From assembly GCA_002269645.1 (NCBI GenBank), contig NIVC01001117.1:1-64000 (forward strand): a DNA stretch of 64,000 nucleotides, given 5' to 3'. The notes under the pieces are model-generated. The model was not told where the DNA came from. It saw only the letters and a program-made list of their open reading frames with translations, and did not search any database. Position 1 is the first letter of the stretch, and every line of letters begins with the position of its first letter. This DNA comes from Macrostomum lignano (Eukaryota). This document shows, piece after piece, positions 62,401 through 64,000 of the stretch. The position numbers and the translations under genes are program-made.

Positions 62401-63882
62401 GCCGGACATATTGCCGCACAGACGGCGCAGGTAGAACGACTCAACGTAGAAATCCACGAAGTCGGATTCGCATCTGGTCGAGAATTGTGAAGAAAATGCA
62501 ATGCTATTCGTCCGATAGCTGTGCCGTTTTTCTATGTTCCATTTTAGCTCTTCAATGACTCCCGGAATTGAGTGCCGGGTTGGAGATAGTTAAAAAAAGC
62601 GGCCAGGGAGGTGGGGTAGAGCTGGGGAGATGGGGTAGAGGGAGATGGGATAGAGGAAGGTGGGGCAGAAGAAGATGCGGCACTCATAGAGGAAGATGCG
62701 GGATAGAGGAAGGTGGGGCAGAAGAAGATGCGGCAGAGGGAGATGGGGTTAGAGGGAGATTGGGTAGAGGAAGTTGGGGTAGAGGCAGGTGGGGTAGAGG
62801 CAGGTGGGGTAGAGGCAGGTGGGGTAGAGGGAGGTGGGGTAGAGGAAGGTGGGGCAGAGGGAAGTGGGGTAGAGGAAGGTGGGGCAGAGGGAAGTGGGGT
62901 AGAGGAAGGTGGGGCAGAGGGAAGTGGGGTAGAGGAAGGTGGGGCAGAGGGAAGTGGGGTAGAGGAAGGTGGGGTAGAGGCAGGTGGGGTAGAGGCAGGT
63001 GGGGTAGAGGAAAGTGGGGCAGAGGGAAGTGGGGTAGAGGAAGGTGGGGCAGAGGGAAGTGGGGTAGAGGAAGGTGGGGCAGAGGGAAGTGGGGTAGAGG
63101 AAGGTGGGGTAGAGGCAGGTGGGGTAGAGGGAGGTGGGGTAGAGGAAGGTGGGGCAGAGGGAAGTGGGGTAGAGGGAGATGGGTTAGAGGGAGTTGAGGT
63201 AGAGGGAGGTGGGGTAGAGGAAGGTGGGGCAGAGGGAAGTGGGGTAGAGGAAGGTGGGGCAGAGGGAGGTGGGGTAGAGGAAGGTGGGGCAGAGGGAAGT
63301 GGGGTAGAGGAAGGTGGGGCAGAGGGAAGTGGGGTAGAGGAAGGTGGGGCAGAGGGAAGTGGGGTAGAGGAAGGTGGGGCAGAGGGAAGTGGGGTAGAGG
63401 AAGGTGGGGTAGAGGTAAGTGGGGTTCGAGGATGTGGGTAGAGTGAGGTGGGGTAGAGGAAGGTGGGGCGGAGGGAGGTGGGCCAGAGGGAAATGCGGCA
63501 GAGGGAGATGGAGTTAGAGTGGATGGGTAGAGGCAGGTGGGGTAGAGGCAGGTGGGGTAGAGGGGTGGGGATAGAGGGGGTGGGGATAGAGAGAAATAGT
63601 GGTAGAGGGAAATGGGGCGAGAGTGGGGGAGTGTGGGAGATTAGGGTGAAGGGAGCCAGGCAGAAGGGTGAGTGAGCACGCGCAGTCTGCTCACCCTTTG
63701 TTTCCCGGCCGGGAGCCAATGGAGAAGTGCAGCAGCCGCAGCAGCACCAGCTGGTTGGGGCCGGCCAGCAGGCTGTAGACAAAGCAGACCCCCCCGGGGG
63801 TAGCCGCCGGGCTGACCGAAATTCGGTGACTTGAGCTCTCCAAATCGACTGGCATTGCTGAGCACGGTGTCAGATCTGGCAG
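52981..63882 (-). CDS. Type I membrane protein with at least 3 CUB domains, one LDLa domain and a TM (NETO/SOL-2/LEV-10-type architecture); exons 63882-63695, 62473-62286, 59866-59665, 56731-56535, 55698-55435, 55335-55182, 54134-54049, 53973-53818, 53561-52981; 5' end outside the window
   Basis: CUB motifs [58 protein letters not shown] and GFR..Y; LDLa-like CPGFLC...CI...[14 protein letters not shown]; [26 protein letters not shown]. Phases are consistent apart from one extra G (63789-63795) and an in-frame TGA (53846-53848). Confidence 0.8.
53575..53705. repeat. (AGAGT)n microsatellite adjacent to a CUB-gene acceptor
   Basis: Direct reading. Confidence 0.9.
54290..55105. repeat. 30-bp minisatellite (ggtggagggaggagtggctgcataaagact)
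   Basis: Direct reading. Confidence 0.93.
55765..56050. repeat. About 42-bp repeat containing ctataaaatggggtgggg
   Basis: Direct reading. Confidence 0.88.
56311..56515. repeat. (GACA)n microsatellite
   Basis: Direct reading. Confidence 0.95.
57000..58700. repeat. 42-bp minisatellite (ttagttctcacagtcctacttgagtatgatagggtgagatca)
   Basis: Direct reading; explains the 628-aa pseudo-ORF. Confidence 0.96.
59885..61150. repeat. 16-bp minisatellite (ctgacactaattcagt)
   Basis: Direct reading. Confidence 0.96.
61653..61782 (+). mobile_element. 5'-truncated SINE copy 4
   Basis: 3' half of the same SINE, with AATAAA plus poly(A) and a 14-bp TSD ataccccaccactc (61639-61652, 61783-61796). Confidence 0.88.
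62610..63600. repeat. 15-bp G-rich minisatellite (ggggtagaggaaggt / ggggcagagggaagt)
   Basis: Direct reading. Confidence 0.93.
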
Positions 63883-64000
63883 CTGAAGGTGTTGAGGGAA
63901 TGGGCAGTCATTTTAGCGCCGCAAGTGCTCATCTTTCTAAAGCAGCGAGGAGAGGAGAGGGAAGAAGGGGATAAGAGAGTAGAGACATGAGAGGGGTGAG

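Overview
Intron-rich, repeat-dense animal genomic DNA, not prokaryotic: GC-rich exons with GT-AG introns, and nearly every long intron carries its own minisatellite. The style suggests a flatworm such as Macrostomum (inference only). Gene models were built by hand with splice phases checked. Left to right: a divergent STAT (3' exons), a 2-exon orphan class A GPCR (- strand), an apparently C-terminally truncated angiomotin-like gene, and two tandem divergent ionotropic glutamate receptor / IR-like paralogs. Copy A is an intact 12-exon model of about 853 aa. Copy B is a gene-conversion mosaic with a frameshift and a nonsense codon. Then come a kinase-less BAMBI-like TGF-beta pseudoreceptor and a (>=3 CUB)-LDLa-TM gene of the NETO/SOL/LEV-10 architectural type (- strand, running off the right end). 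Mobile DNA: an intact intronless THAP/P-superfamily transposon with perfect 32-bp TIRs and a 7-bp TSD confirmed by the empty site in the paralog; a 1-kb foldback element (297-bp TIRs, 8-bp TSD); a TIR element filling almost a whole intron; two MITEs; four copies of a tRNA-derived SINE; and a decayed Bel/Pao LTR retrotransposon inside an (AGTT)n array. Most long ORFs in the supplied track are artefacts of tandem repeats.
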